A stretch of 64,000 bases of DNA from an uncultured Mucilaginibacter sp. (GCA_903927645.1 CAIYNX010000135.1:1153-65152); one strand, 5' to 3'. Positions 47,653 to 58,210 are shown, counted from the stretch's first letter. Made by a program: numbers and translations. The notes: a model not told the origin generated them from the letters alone.

Positions 47653-48398
47653 TAAAAAAGCATTTCTTTATTTTGTTTGTAATCATATTTTGCAAACTAA
47701 ATTTATTTGCCCAAGATTATGATGAGGCTCCTGCTTGGGGTGGAGGCGCCGATCAGTATAGGTTTAGCCCGGGTTTTTCATTAGGGTATGTAAGTAATTC
47801 ATATAAAATTGTAAAAAGTACCAATTGGAGAGCTCCTTTTTTTGATCCTGTTTCTAACAAATTCGTGACATCTCAATTAAATACCATTACCTCAAGTAGT
47901 TTACCCGGATTTTCATTAGGTTTTATAGCCCGATACAGTTTAACACCTAATATTGAAAGCAGATTTACCCCTTCACTCATATTTGCAGATAAGCAGATAA
48001 TATATACCTACGTTGATGTTACCCAAAATGTAACCAAGCAAGTACAAACAACCACATTTGATTTTCCGATTTCCATAAAATTAAAATCAGACCGTGTAGG
48101 TAATTTTAGGGGATACGTTGTTGGGGGGCTTAAATATTCTTTAGCCATAGGTAAAGGAAATTCAAATGATAGTAATGATTTAAATCCACTTGATAAGCAA
48201 CTCAAAAACAATCTTGGATATGCCTCTTATGATTTTGGTTTTGGTTGTGACATCTATTTTGAATATTTTAAATTATCTCCCGAAATTAAATTATCCAATT
48301 CATTTGGCAATATTCTATCCCAAGATAATACCGCCTATTCAAGTCCTTTAAGTAAGCTGTTTTTGCATACTTTTACCATTAGCTTATATTTCGAATAG
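47649..48398 (+). CDS. porT: PorT/SprT-family type IX secretion outer-membrane protein
   Basis: Signal peptide, RFTPSL, KLKSDRVGNFR, GCDIYFEYFKLSPEIK, C-terminal ISLYFE; directly downstream of ubiE as is usual in Bacteroidota. Confidence 0.8.
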   Translation: MIKKHFFILFVIIFCKLNLFAQDYDEAPAWGGGADQYRFSPGFSLGYVSNSYKIVKSTNWRAPFFDPVSNKFVTSQLNTITSSSLPGFSLGFIARYSLTPNIESRFTPSLIFADKQIIYTYVDVTQNVTKQVQTTTFDFPISIKLKSDRVGNFRGYVVGGLKYSLAIGKGNSNDSNDLNPLDKQLKNNLGYASYDFGFGCDIYFEYFKLSPEIKLSNSFGNILSQDNTAYSSPLSKLFLHTFTISLYFE

Positions 48399-48451
48399 GT
48401 ATTAAAATCGAGGTAAAAAGCATAATTTTTCGAAATTAAATTAGCATTATT

Positions 48452-49234
48452 ATGAATAAAATTGCTTTGATAACTGGTGCAACCTCTGGAATTGGGGAGG
48501 CCTGTGCAAAATTGTTTGCACGTGAAGGTTACAATCTTATTATTACCGGTAGAAGAGCTGAAAGACTTGAATTGCTTTCAAAAGATTTAACAAAGCACCA
48601 TAATATTCAGGTTATTACTTCCACATTTGATATAAGGGATCGTGCTTCAGTATTAAACCAATTAAATAATCTGCCTGATAATTGGAAGAAAATTAATGTT
48701 TTAATAAACAACGCCGGCTTAAGTCAAGGTCTTGATCCAATTGATAAAGGAAACATGGATGATTGGGATGTTATGATTGATACCAATATCAAAGGCTTGC
48801 TTTATGTAACCAAGGTAGTATCTAACTGGATGATTGATAATCATAAAGGTCATATCATAAATATTGGTTCAATTGCCGGTAAAGAAGTGTACCTTAACGG
48901 AAATGTTTATTGCGCCACCAAGCATGCAGTTGATGCTTTAAATAGAGCTATGCGAGTTGATTTATTACCCCATGGAATAAAAGTTACTGGTGTACATCCG
49001 GGAGCAGTTGAAACAGAATTTTCGGAAGTTAGGTTTCATGGTGATAAAGAAAGGGCTAAAAAAGTTTATGATGGCTTTGAACCCTTAAGTGCTGTTGATA
49101 TTGCCGAAACAATTTGGTTTGCCGTATCGCGCCCTGCGCATGTTAATATAAATGATTTGGTGGTGATGCCTACTGCTCAAGCGAGTGCTTCGATGATTCA
49201 AAGAGTGAATACAACCAGTGTACCGATTAAATAG
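48452..49234 (+). CDS. SDR oxidoreductase (YdfG-like)
   Basis: TGATSGIG, INNAG, YCATK, PGAVETEFS, RPAHVNI. Confidence 0.9.
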   Translation: MNKIALITGATSGIGEACAKLFAREGYNLIITGRRAERLELLSKDLTKHHNIQVITSTFDIRDRASVLNQLNNLPDNWKKINVLINNAGLSQGLDPIDKGNMDDWDVMIDTNIKGLLYVTKVVSNWMIDNHKGHIINIGSIAGKEVYLNGNVYCATKHAVDALNRAMRVDLLPHGIKVTGVHPGAVETEFSEVRFHGDKERAKKVYDGFEPLSAVDIAETIWFAVSRPAHVNINDLVVMPTAQASASMIQRVNTTSVPIK

Positions 49235-49276
49235 GTGTATTAAGAAAATTCAAATTAAAACTAAAAATTAAGAAAT

Positions 49277-49726
49277 ATGTCGCTCATTAATAAAATAGAT
49301 CAGGATATTAAACAGGCAATGTTGGCGAAAGATGCTGATAAATTGAGGGGTTTACGCGCAATTAAATCAGCATTGTTGCTGGCTAAAACCGAAAAGGGAG
49401 CTACCGATGATTTATCTAATGAAGCGGAGGTAAAAGTTTTACAAAAGTTGGTTAAACAAAGAAAAGAGTCGGCCGAGATTTATAAAACTCAAAACCGGGC
49501 CGATTTGTATCAAATAGAAATGGACGAACTTAAGGTGATTGAAGTTTATTTGCCCCAACAAATGACAAGGTTTGAAATAGAAGGATATATTCAGGAATTA
49601 ATAAGCAAACTGGACGTTACCTCGGTAAGCGAAATGGGTAAAGTTATAGGTGTTGCCAATAAAGAATTGGCCGGCCAAGCAGATGGTCGTACAATTTCAG
49701 AAGTAGTAAAGCAATTATTGGGTTAA
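49277..49726 (+). CDS. GatB/YqeY domain protein
   Basis: KLVKQRKES, YLPQQM, MGKVIG, ADGRTIS. Confidence 0.9.
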   Translation: MSLINKIDQDIKQAMLAKDADKLRGLRAIKSALLLAKTEKGATDDLSNEAEVKVLQKLVKQRKESAEIYKTQNRADLYQIEMDELKVIEVYLPQQMTRFEIEGYIQELISKLDVTSVSEMGKVIGVANKELAGQADGRTISEVVKQLLG

Positions 49727-49891
49727 AATTGATCCTGTTATTAAATAATTTAAAAATAAAACTCGTTCAAATTATTTGTTAATAACTGTCATAAATATTT
49801 GCTTTATTTGTTGCTATACAAAAGCAATATAGATTTATAAAGATGATTTTTATAAATCATAATTATTAAAATTTAAACTTTACAAACTTAT

Positions 49892-50653
49892 ATGGATTTC
49901 GAGCTTAAAGAGGAAAACGGTTTTAGCTACATTGAAGAGGGCGAGGGAGATGTTTTGCTTTTATTGCACGGGCTTATGGGCGCGTTAAGTAACTGGGATG
50001 AGGTAATTAATCATTTTAAAACCAACTACAAGGTTATTATTCCAATACTCCCAATATATGATTTACCGCTAATTACTACAGGGGTAAAGAGCTTGGCTAA
50101 ATTTGTAAATAAATTTGTTCAATATAAAGGCTTAAATAACATTACTTTATTGGGCAATTCATTAGGTGGGCATGTTGCTTTGATTTATGTTTTATCACAT
50201 CCCGAAAAGGTGAAGGCCTTGGTTTTAACAGGTAGCTCAGGTTTATATGAAAACGCTTTTGGAGGCTCGTTCCCACGTAGAGGTAGTTACGATTTTGTAA
50301 AGGAGAAGGTTGAGTATACTTTTTATGATCCAAAAACCGCAACAAAAGAATTGGTTGATGATGTATTCAGGATTATAAATGACAGGCATAGTGTGATCAG
50401 GATTTTGGCGATGGCTAAATCGGCAATCAGGCATAATATGAATAAGGATCTACATAAGATCGAAATTCCGGTTTCATTAATTTGGGGTAAAAATGACAAA
50501 ATAACTCCTCCGGATGTGGCTGTTGAATTTAAAGAACTATTGCCCAATGCCGAATTGCATTGGATTGACAAATGTGGTCATGCACCCATGATGGAGCAAC
50601 CAGAAGAATTTAATATCATTCTAAAAGGGTTTTTAGATAAATTTAAACAATAA
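49892..50653 (+). CDS. Alpha/beta-fold hydrolase
   Basis: LLHGL, GNSLGG, WGKND, CGHAPM. Confidence 0.9.
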   Translation: MDFELKEENGFSYIEEGEGDVLLLLHGLMGALSNWDEVINHFKTNYKVIIPILPIYDLPLITTGVKSLAKFVNKFVQYKGLNNITLLGNSLGGHVALIYVLSHPEKVKALVLTGSSGLYENAFGGSFPRRGSYDFVKEKVEYTFYDPKTATKELVDDVFRIINDRHSVIRILAMAKSAIRHNMNKDLHKIEIPVSLIWGKNDKITPPDVAVEFKELLPNAELHWIDKCGHAPMMEQPEEFNIILKGFLDKFKQ

Positions 50654-50656
50654 AAT

Positions 50657-51319
50657 ATGCTTGCAATTGAGCTAGTTGCTGATATTATACCTCCTGTTCA
50701 TACATCTGATACTATTCAGAAAGTAATTGACAGGATGTATGAATTTAGAATTAAACACCTGCCAATTGTTAATGAGAACCAATTTTTAGGCCTCATTTCA
50801 GAAGATGACCTGATTAAAGAAACCAATTTTGAGCTACCAATTGGTGCCTTAAGCTTATCTCTGGTAAATCCATTTGTAATTGAAGATCAACACATTTATG
50901 ATGTCATCAGGATTTTTCATGAACAAAATCTAACGATGGTTCCAGTGCTTGATATTAAAGATAATTATTTAGGGCTTATCTCTATAAATAATCTGAATGA
51001 TTATTTTGCTACAATGACTTCGATAGAACAACCCGGCGGCATTATTGTACTTGAAGTTTATAACAATAGCAACACGTTGGCGCAAATGGCTCAAATTGTT
51101 GAATCTGATAATGCTCAGGTATTAAGCTCTTATGTACGTTCGTTCCCCGGCTCCTCAAAAATGGAAATTACACTAAAAGTAAATAAACAAGATATTTCTG
51201 CAATTGTTGCTACATTTTTACGCTACGAATATGAAATTAAAGCTACCTTTAATAATAAAAACAATAACGATAGTGTGAAGGATAGATACAATTTATTAAT
51301 GAATTATTTAAACCTATAG
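50657..51319 (+). CDS. CBS-pair protein with C-terminal ACT-like domain (AcuB-like)
   Basis: HLPIV...FLGLISE, VPVL...YLGLIS, GGIIVL, QIVESDNA. Confidence 0.82.
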   Translation: MLAIELVADIIPPVHTSDTIQKVIDRMYEFRIKHLPIVNENQFLGLISEDDLIKETNFELPIGALSLSLVNPFVIEDQHIYDVIRIFHEQNLTMVPVLDIKDNYLGLISINNLNDYFATMTSIEQPGGIIVLEVYNNSNTLAQMAQIVESDNAQVLSSYVRSFPGSSKMEITLKVNKQDISAIVATFLRYEYEIKATFNNKNNNDSVKDRYNLLMNYLNL

Positions 51320-51409
51320 CACTAAAATATATTTAGGATTTTGTTGAAATCAAGCAGAATAAATTTAAAATATCAACTTTATTTAAAAAAAATTCCCGAA
51401 AGCTAACAC

Positions 51410-52291
51410 ATGAAAATAGCAATTTACGGTAGGGTATTTAATGATCCGGCAGTTTTACCTTTTATCAAAGAGGTTTTTGACAGCCTACATCAAAGTAATG
51501 TTGAAATTTATATTCATCATCAGCTTCAAAATTATTTAAAGGGTAATTTAGATACCAGTTATGCCAAATTACTGCTTCCTAACGACGAAATAAGAGGTTT
51601 GATAGACCTGTTTATAACCCTTGGGGGCGATGGTACGTTATTGGATATGGTATCGGTAATTGGCGATTCGGGTATACCCATTATAGGAATTAATTTTGGC
51701 AGGTTAGGATTTTTGGCCAGCATCAATAAAAATGATATTTCTAATGCAATAAATGCGGTTGTAAATAAAAAATTTACTTTGGAAAGCAGAGAATTGATCA
51801 CTATTAATTCTGATTCTGAAATTTTTGGAAAAAATAATTTTGCGTTAAATGATATAACTATTCATAAACGCGATGATTCCGCTATGATTACAACCCATGT
51901 TTTTTTGGAAGACGAATTTTTAAATTCCTACTGGGGGGATGGTATCATCATTTCGACCTCAACAGGTTCAACGGCGTATTCATTAAGTTGCGGCGGACCA
52001 ATTATTTTTCCTCAATCAAACAGTATTGTTTTAACACCAATTGCACCTCATAATTTAAATGTGAGGCCCATAGTTTTACCAGATACTTGCACACTTTCTT
52101 TCGAAGTTGAACTCAGAAGTTCAAATTATTTGATAACTTGTGACTCAAGAACTGCAATTATTGATAAAACTATTAGATTTAAAGTAAAAAAAGCTAATTT
52201 TAGGCTCAACTTAATAAGGTTAGATAATGAAAGTTATTTATCAACGTTAAGAAAAAAACTATTATGGGGGCTTGATGCACGTAACTATTAA
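51410..52291 (+). CDS. nadK: NAD kinase
   Basis: GGDGTLL, GRLGFL, ALND, DGIIISTSTGSTAYSLSCGG. Confidence 0.93.
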   Translation: MKIAIYGRVFNDPAVLPFIKEVFDSLHQSNVEIYIHHQLQNYLKGNLDTSYAKLLLPNDEIRGLIDLFITLGGDGTLLDMVSVIGDSGIPIIGINFGRLGFLASINKNDISNAINAVVNKKFTLESRELITINSDSEIFGKNNFALNDITIHKRDDSAMITTHVFLEDEFLNSYWGDGIIISTSTGSTAYSLSCGGPIIFPQSNSIVLTPIAPHNLNVRPIVLPDTCTLSFEVELRSSNYLITCDSRTAIIDKTIRFKVKKANFRLNLIRLDNESYLSTLRKKLLWGLDARNY

Positions 52292-52300
52292 TTTTAAAGG

Positions 52301-53296
52301 ATGACCAAGTTTTACTTTTTTTTAGTTTTTATTCTTTTTACCACTCAACTAAAAGCTCAAACATGGGAGCTTGGTGGTGGTATTGGCGGTTCAGGTTATA
52401 TTGGAGATTTTAATGAACATAATGTTGTTCAAATTAGTGGGGTGTCATTAGGGGGGTATGTAAAGAGGAATTATAACGGATTTTTTTCGACCAAACTGAA
52501 TTATAACTACGGAGTAATAACCGGAAATGATAGTACCTCGAGCGATCAACAGTTGCGAAATCGCAATTTGAGTTTCATAACTAGTTTGGTGGAGCTTAGC
52601 GTAATAAATGAATTTAATTTTTTTGATTACATACCTCAAGTTGGTAAAACCAAATTCACCCCATTTATTTATCTCGGCTTTGGAGCTGTTAAATATAATC
52701 CTAAGGCCGATTATAATGGATACAGATATGGTTTACGAGAATATAAAACTGAGGGAGAAGCCACTCCTTATTCAAAATTTGCCTTTTCAATTCCATATGG
52801 TGCCGGTGTAAAATATAATTTTTCGGGTGCTTTTACACTCTCTGCCGATATTGGGTATCGTTATGCCTTCACCGGATACTTGGATGATGTAAAAGGAACC
52901 TATCCTAATTTGAGCGCTAGTCCGGTAATAAATAAAGCACTTTCTGATCGCTCCGGAGAACATACTGGTACATACCTGGGTACTGCCGGATCTCAAAGGG
53001 GAAATGGCGGAAATGATACTTACTTTTTTGCTCAAGTTGGTATTTCTTATACCTTTAATACCGAAAGTTGTTTTATTCCTAATTATGAAAGAATAAAATC
53101 GGATAAGGTTGAAAAGCCTAAAAAGGAAAAAAAGAAAAAAGAAGATAAAAAACAGAAACCTGCCGCACCTAAAAAGGAAGCAAAACCTAAAAAAAGTAAA
53201 TCAAAAAATAAAGATCTTACACCGGCTGTAAATACAAACCCCAACTCTGATAATAATAAAGGCATACCTAAAGACACCATTCGAACCGGTAATTAG
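52301..53296 (+). CDS. DUF6089-like outer-membrane beta-barrel with Lys-rich C-terminal tail
   Basis: GSGYIGD, RNRNLSF, EFNFFDY, IPYGAGVKY, YLDDV, QRGN, DTYFF; located between nadK and uppS. Confidence 0.75.
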   Translation: MTKFYFFLVFILFTTQLKAQTWELGGGIGGSGYIGDFNEHNVVQISGVSLGGYVKRNYNGFFSTKLNYNYGVITGNDSTSSDQQLRNRNLSFITSLVELSVINEFNFFDYIPQVGKTKFTPFIYLGFGAVKYNPKADYNGYRYGLREYKTEGEATPYSKFAFSIPYGAGVKYNFSGAFTLSADIGYRYAFTGYLDDVKGTYPNLSASPVINKALSDRSGEHTGTYLGTAGSQRGNGGNDTYFFAQVGISYTFNTESCFIPNYERIKSDKVEKPKKEKKKKEDKKQKPAAPKKEAKPKKSKSKNKDLTPAVNTNPNSDNNKGIPKDTIRTGN

Positions 53297-53315
53297 ACAA
53301 AAATTATTCCAAAAA

Positions 53316-53354
53316 AAAATAATTTATTGCAACATTGATGCAATAAATTATTTT
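53316..53354 (+). terminator. AT-rich hairpin (terminator or operator)
   Basis: 16-bp arms aaaataatttattgca / tgcaataaattatttt with a 7-nt loop, 19 nt after the DUF6089 stop. Confidence 0.5.
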
Positions 53355-53421
53355 ATGCTTCGTTATAGCTTTATAAAAAGCAGTAAAACGCTTCCAATTT
53401 TAAACCTTAAATTATAAAGTT

Positions 53422-53943
53422 ATGGCCGAGTTTAATGTATCAAGCGGTAAAACTAATAGTAGGCACCGCGCAAAAAAAATATCACCAAGAGTTGATTTAA
53501 CAGCAATGGTTGATTTGGCTTTTTTGTTAATTACATTTTTTATGCTAACAACCTCGCTTACCAAACCAAGGGTAATGCCTCTCGCAATGCCAGATAGACA
53601 TAATGCCGATATTGCGGTATCCGATAAATCAACCCTTACCTTGGTTTTAGGAAGCCATAATTCAATATTATGGTATTTAGGAACGCCTGATAAACCAATT
53701 ATTTTGCCAAGTGTAACCACCTATGGGAAAAATTTGAACCATACCATTTTAAGTATATCAAAACAAGTATTTGAAAAGGAAGGAAAAGATTTAATGGTTT
53801 TAATTAAGCCTGCAAATCATTCAGTATATGCTAATTTAGTTGAGGCCTTAGATGAAGTAAATAATGATGATATTAAAAGATATGCAATAGTTGGCTTGGC
53901 AAAACCTGATGTTAACAATCTGCAAAAATTTAAAATTAATTGA
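53422..53943 (+). CDS. exbD: ExbD/TolR-family biopolymer transport protein
   Basis: RVDLTAMVDLAFLLITFFMLTT, VLIKP, YANLVEALDEV. Confidence 0.85.
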   Translation: MAEFNVSSGKTNSRHRAKKISPRVDLTAMVDLAFLLITFFMLTTSLTKPRVMPLAMPDRHNADIAVSDKSTLTLVLGSHNSILWYLGTPDKPIILPSVTTYGKNLNHTILSISKQVFEKEGKDLMVLIKPANHSVYANLVEALDEVNNDDIKRYAIVGLAKPDVNNLQKFKIN

Positions 53944-54122
53944 ATGGACTTCTTTAAATTTTAGCAATGTTGCCTTCATTTAATCATAAAAAATAAACCA
54001 AAATATTTCCAATATAACCTAAACCTTAACATTTAATCCTAAACCTTATCACAAAAAAAAATCTAAAAATTTTATCTTAATATCTTTTCACCAACCATAC
54101 CAAAAAAAATATAATTAAGTTT

Positions 54123-54130
54123 TACCTTTG
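54123..54130 (+). promoter_or_regulatory. Possible -7 promoter box upstream of uppS
   Basis: TACCTTTG. Confidence 0.45.
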
Positions 54131-54283
54131 TCACCTGAAAAAAGGAGCATGTAATAGCAACCATACTAAAGCGTGCTAATTTTAAAAGTACAATTAAAGG
54201 CAATAAAATTGCTTTCTATTTGTTTTGATTAAATAATTTAATTGCCTTATTTGAAGCCGTTATAGCTTTAAAATTTCGGAAGT

Positions 54284-55024
54284 ATGGGATATAGGGATAA
54301 AATTAATTTGTTAAGATTGCCCAAGCACATAGCTATCATAATGGATGGCAATGGTAGATGGGCAAAAGATAAAGGCAAATTAAGAATTTTTGGCCACCAT
54401 AATGGAGTGCTATCTGTAAGAGATGTAGTAGAGGGGGCTGTTGATTTAAATATTGAATATCTTACCTTATATACCTTTTCGACCGAAAACTGGAACCGGC
54501 CTAAATTAGAAGTAACGGCAATTATGGAGCTAATGGTGAGCACCATTCATAAAGAAATAGAAAATTTTATGAAAAAGAATGTGAAGCTAAATGCTATTGG
54601 CGATTTAGATAAACTTCCGCAAAAATGCCATAATGAATTAAAAAATGCCATCGACCTCACTTCTAAAAATACTGGTTTGGTATTAACATTGGCATTAAGT
54701 TATAGCTCCAGGTTAGAAATTTTACATGCCGTAAAAAACATTGCATGCAAAATTAGAGATGGTGAACTGAAGGTGGAGGATATTAACGAAGATGTTTTTG
54801 AAGAAAATTTATTTACAAACGGAATGCCTAATCCAGAGCTATTAATCAGGACAAGTGGCGAATATAGAATAAGTAACTATTTATTATGGCAAATTGCATA
54901 CGCAGAGTTATACTTTACCACCAAACTCTGGCCCGACTTTAGGAAGGAAGATTTTTTTGAAGCGATACTTGATTTTCAGAAACGCGAACGGCGTTTTGGT
55001 ATGACAAGTGAGCAAGTGAACTAA
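54284..55024 (+). CDS. uppS: Undecaprenyl diphosphate synthase
   Basis: HIAIIMDGNGRWA, FSTENWNRP, IRTSGEYRISNYLLWQ, RERRFG. Confidence 0.96.
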   Translation: MGYRDKINLLRLPKHIAIIMDGNGRWAKDKGKLRIFGHHNGVLSVRDVVEGAVDLNIEYLTLYTFSTENWNRPKLEVTAIMELMVSTIHKEIENFMKKNVKLNAIGDLDKLPQKCHNELKNAIDLTSKNTGLVLTLALSYSSRLEILHAVKNIACKIRDGELKVEDINEDVFEENLFTNGMPNPELLIRTSGEYRISNYLLWQIAYAELYFTTKLWPDFRKEDFFEAILDFQKRERRFGMTSEQVN

Positions 55025-55086
55025 ATTTTTCCGTTTAACACTTTTTAACAACTGTATAAATTATTTTAGCCCACCAAAATATTCGA

Positions 55087-57660
55087 ATGAATAAATTTCT
55101 TTTTGCTATTCTTTTTTCAATGTTGAGCACAGGATTACTGGCCCAGGTTTCAAACCAGCCACGTTATTCGCTGTTAAAATCATCAATCCCGGCTGATAGT
55201 TTAAGTTACCTTGAACCCAAAGATTATATTATTGGCGGTATTACAATTGCCGGCACTAAAAACCTCGATAAAGAAGTATTGTTAACAATTTCAAAACTTA
55301 ATAAGGGCGATAGAATAAATTTACCAGGTGAGGCAAATGCAAACGTTATTAAAAATATGTATTCGCAAGGTTTGTTTGACGATGTAAAACTGAACGTTGT
55401 TAAAATAAATCTAGATACCATTTATTTAGAAATTGCCGTAGTTGAGCGCCCCCGGTTATCGCGCTTAAGGCTAAGAGGGATAAGAAAAGGGGAGATTGAA
55501 GATGTACAGAAAAAACTGGCAGATAAAAGCGGTAAAATTGTAAATGAGAACTTATTAAGCACCACCACCGCAATAGTTAAAAAACATTTTAACGAAAAAG
55601 GCTTTTTAAATACCACAGTTGTTATTAAGCAAAGGAAAGATCCGGGTGATGCCAATAGCGTAATTTTAGATGTTACCGTCGACAAAAAACGAAAAGTAAT
55701 GATATCTGAGGTGGTGTTTGATGGTAATTCAGCATTCAAACAATCAACACTCAGAAAATATCTTAAAAAGACCCGTACCCGAAAATTCTACAATATTTTT
55801 GGCTCTAGAAAATTTAAGCAAGACAAGTTTGACGAGGATAAACAAAACCTGGTTGAAAAAATGCAAGCCAAAGGTTATAGGGATGCAGAAATATTAAAAG
55901 ATACCGTTTATAAAACGGGCGATAACACGGTAGGCATAAAAATTAAGATTTTTGAAGGCCATAAATATTATTTCGGAAACATTAAATGGTCTGGTAATGC
56001 GAAATTTCCAACCGAAATTTTATCAAAAATTTTAAAACTAAAAAAGGGTGAGGTTTTTAGCGAGGAAGAATTGAACAAAAGATTAAGTGGCCCTACCCCA
56101 AATAGCGACGATGTTTCATCATTTTATTTAAACGATGGTTATTTAACCTATACGGCCGACCCGGTTCAAACAAGAATATACAATGATACTGTTGATTTAG
56201 ATATAAGGGTTTATGAAGGTCCTCAATATACCATTAACAGGGTAATTTTAAAGGGTAACGATGTAACGAATGATAAAGTAGTTATGCGTGAAATAAGAAC
56301 CAAACCCGGTCAAAAATTTAATAAGGAGCTTTTAATACGTAGTACCCGCGAAATTGGCCAATTGGGTAACTTTGACGAACAAAAAACAGAGCCTAAGCCA
56401 ACCAATATTAACCCACAAGACGGTACAGTTGATATTGTATATAACGTAGTTGAAAAACCATCAGACCAAATAGAGCTTTCCGGAGGTTTTGGTGGCGGGC
56501 AACTAGTTGGAACACTCGGCTTAACATTTAATAATTTTTCTCTGCGTAATATATTTAACCTCAAGGCTTATAAACCATTACCAAAAGGTGATGGACAAAA
56601 GTTGAGTTTGAGAGGTCAATCGAGCGGAAGAACCTACCAAAATTTCTCCTTGACGTTTTCTGAACCTTGGTTAGGCGGTAAAAAACCAATCTATTTTGCT
56701 CTTTCTGCCTATACCCAATTAAGCTCAACAGGTCAGTACTATGCAACAACAAGTCCGTATTATAACTTTTTACGAATAAATGGTATTGGCGTTACATTAG
56801 GAAAAAGGCTAAACTGGCCTGATAATTATTTTCAGTTAAATTACTCCCTTAACTTTGACCACTATTATCTTGATAATTATACAGGATATTTGTTTTCAAA
56901 TGGCAGTTCCTTCAACATAAAATTAACACAGGATATTACCCGAAACTCCCTGGATGCGCCAATATATCCTACAACTGGTTCAAACATAAAACTTACCATA
57001 CAAGGCACGCCACCGTATTCATTATTTAACAACATTAATTATGGTGTAGCAACCCAACAGGATATTTATCATTTTGTTGAATATTATAAATTTAAATATG
57101 ATGCTCAATGGTTCCAACGCATTTCTGGTAAACTGGTATTTATGTCGCAAGTAAGATTTGGATTTTTGGGCGAATACACGCATCAAATTCTTTATAACGG
57201 ATCTGTACTTACTTCGCCATTTGAACGTTTTAAATTAGGTGGCGATGGTATGCAGAGTTATCAATTTTTGCAAGGAAGCGATATTGTTGGTTTAAGAGGC
57301 TATCAAAACTTTTCAATTGTTCCATTTGGCTCAACTGAAACAGCTACTACAAACCGTGGTAGTTCAATTTATGATAAGTTTACTTTCGAACTTCGCCATC
57401 CGGTTATCCAAAGTCAATCAGCTACCATATTTATGTTAGCATTTGCCGAAGGTGGAAACGTTTGGAATTCATTCGATACCTTTAGCCCCTTTAACGTAAG
57501 GCGTTCTGTAGGTATTGGAGCAAGAATATTTTTACCTATATTTGGATTACTTGGGCTTGATTATGGTTATGGTTTTGATGCAATACCGGGAATACCTACA
57601 GCAAACAAGGGTCAATTTAGTTTCTCAATTTCGCAGAGTTTAAGTGGTGGATTTAATTAA
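55087..57660 (+). CDS. bamA: Outer membrane protein assembly factor
   Basis: POTRA repeats, GLRGY (VRGF-like) motif, AFAEGGNVW, GLLGLDYGYGFD. Confidence 0.93.
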   Translation: MNKFLFAILFSMLSTGLLAQVSNQPRYSLLKSSIPADSLSYLEPKDYIIGGITIAGTKNLDKEVLLTISKLNKGDRINLPGEANANVIKNMYSQGLFDDVKLNVVKINLDTIYLEIAVVERPRLSRLRLRGIRKGEIEDVQKKLADKSGKIVNENLLSTTTAIVKKHFNEKGFLNTTVVIKQRKDPGDANSVILDVTVDKKRKVMISEVVFDGNSAFKQSTLRKYLKKTRTRKFYNIFGSRKFKQDKFDEDKQNLVEKMQAKGYRDAEILKDTVYKTGDNTVGIKIKIFEGHKYYFGNIKWSGNAKFPTEILSKILKLKKGEVFSEEELNKRLSGPTPNSDDVSSFYLNDGYLTYTADPVQTRIYNDTVDLDIRVYEGPQYTINRVILKGNDVTNDKVVMREIRTKPGQKFNKELLIRSTREIGQLGNFDEQKTEPKPTNINPQDGTVDIVYNVVEKPSDQIELSGGFGGGQLVGTLGLTFNNFSLRNIFNLKAYKPLPKGDGQKLSLRGQSSGRTYQNFSLTFSEPWLGGKKPIYFALSAYTQLSSTGQYYATTSPYYNFLRINGIGVTLGKRLNWPDNYFQLNYSLNFDHYYLDNYTGYLFSNGSSFNIKLTQDITRNSLDAPIYPTTGSNIKLTIQGTPPYSLFNNINYGVATQQDIYHFVEYYKFKYDAQWFQRISGKLVFMSQVRFGFLGEYTHQILYNGSVLTSPFERFKLGGDGMQSYQFLQGSDIVGLRGYQNFSIVPFGSTETATTNRGSSIYDKFTFELRHPVIQSQSATIFMLAFAEGGNVWNSFDTFSPFNVRRSVGIGARIFLPIFGLLGLDYGYGFDAIPGIPTANKGQFSFSISQSLSGGFN

Positions 57661-57679
57661 ATTTGTGCTAAAATAAAAA

Positions 57680-58210
57680 ATGAAGGCATTTATATTAATT
57701 TTGGCTTTTACATTTGTATCAATTACCTCGTTGTTTGCACAACGGATGCGTTTTGTTGATTCTGATTATATTTTAAAAAATATGCCTGAATACGCTTCAG
57801 TAAAGAGACAACTTGATGCGCTTGCAGTACAATGGCAGGCTGATGTTGATGCAAAATACCAGGAAATTGATCGCTTATTAAAAGCTTATCAGGCTGATCA
57901 GGTTTTACTTACTCCTGATATGAAACGCAGGAGGGAAGCAGAAATAGACGATAAAGAAAAATCGGCCAAAGATTTTCAAAATAAGAAATTTGGACCCGAT
58001 GGTGAATTGACCCAAAAAAGCAGTGCGCTGATTAAGCCAATTCAAGATAAGATTGCGAAAGCGATACAGGCAGTTGCCGAAGATGATAATATTGAAATTA
58101 TATTTGATAAAAATAGCGAGTTGCTAATGCTTTATGCCAGCCCTTCATTAGATAAAAGTAAGGAAGTTTTGGCAAAATTAGGAATAAAGCCTGTTGCTTC
58201 TTCAAAATAA
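57680..58210 (+). CDS. skp: OmpH/Skp chaperone 1
   Basis: FVDSDYILKNMPEY, coiled coil, LIKPIQDKI, IFDK. A TAAATTTG box overlaps the bamA stop. Confidence 0.85.
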   Translation: MKAFILILAFTFVSITSLFAQRMRFVDSDYILKNMPEYASVKRQLDALAVQWQADVDAKYQEIDRLLKAYQADQVLLTPDMKRRREAEIDDKEKSAKDFQNKKFGPDGELTQKSSALIKPIQDKIAKAIQAVAEDDNIEIIFDKNSELLMLYASPSLDKSKEVLAKLGIKPVASSK

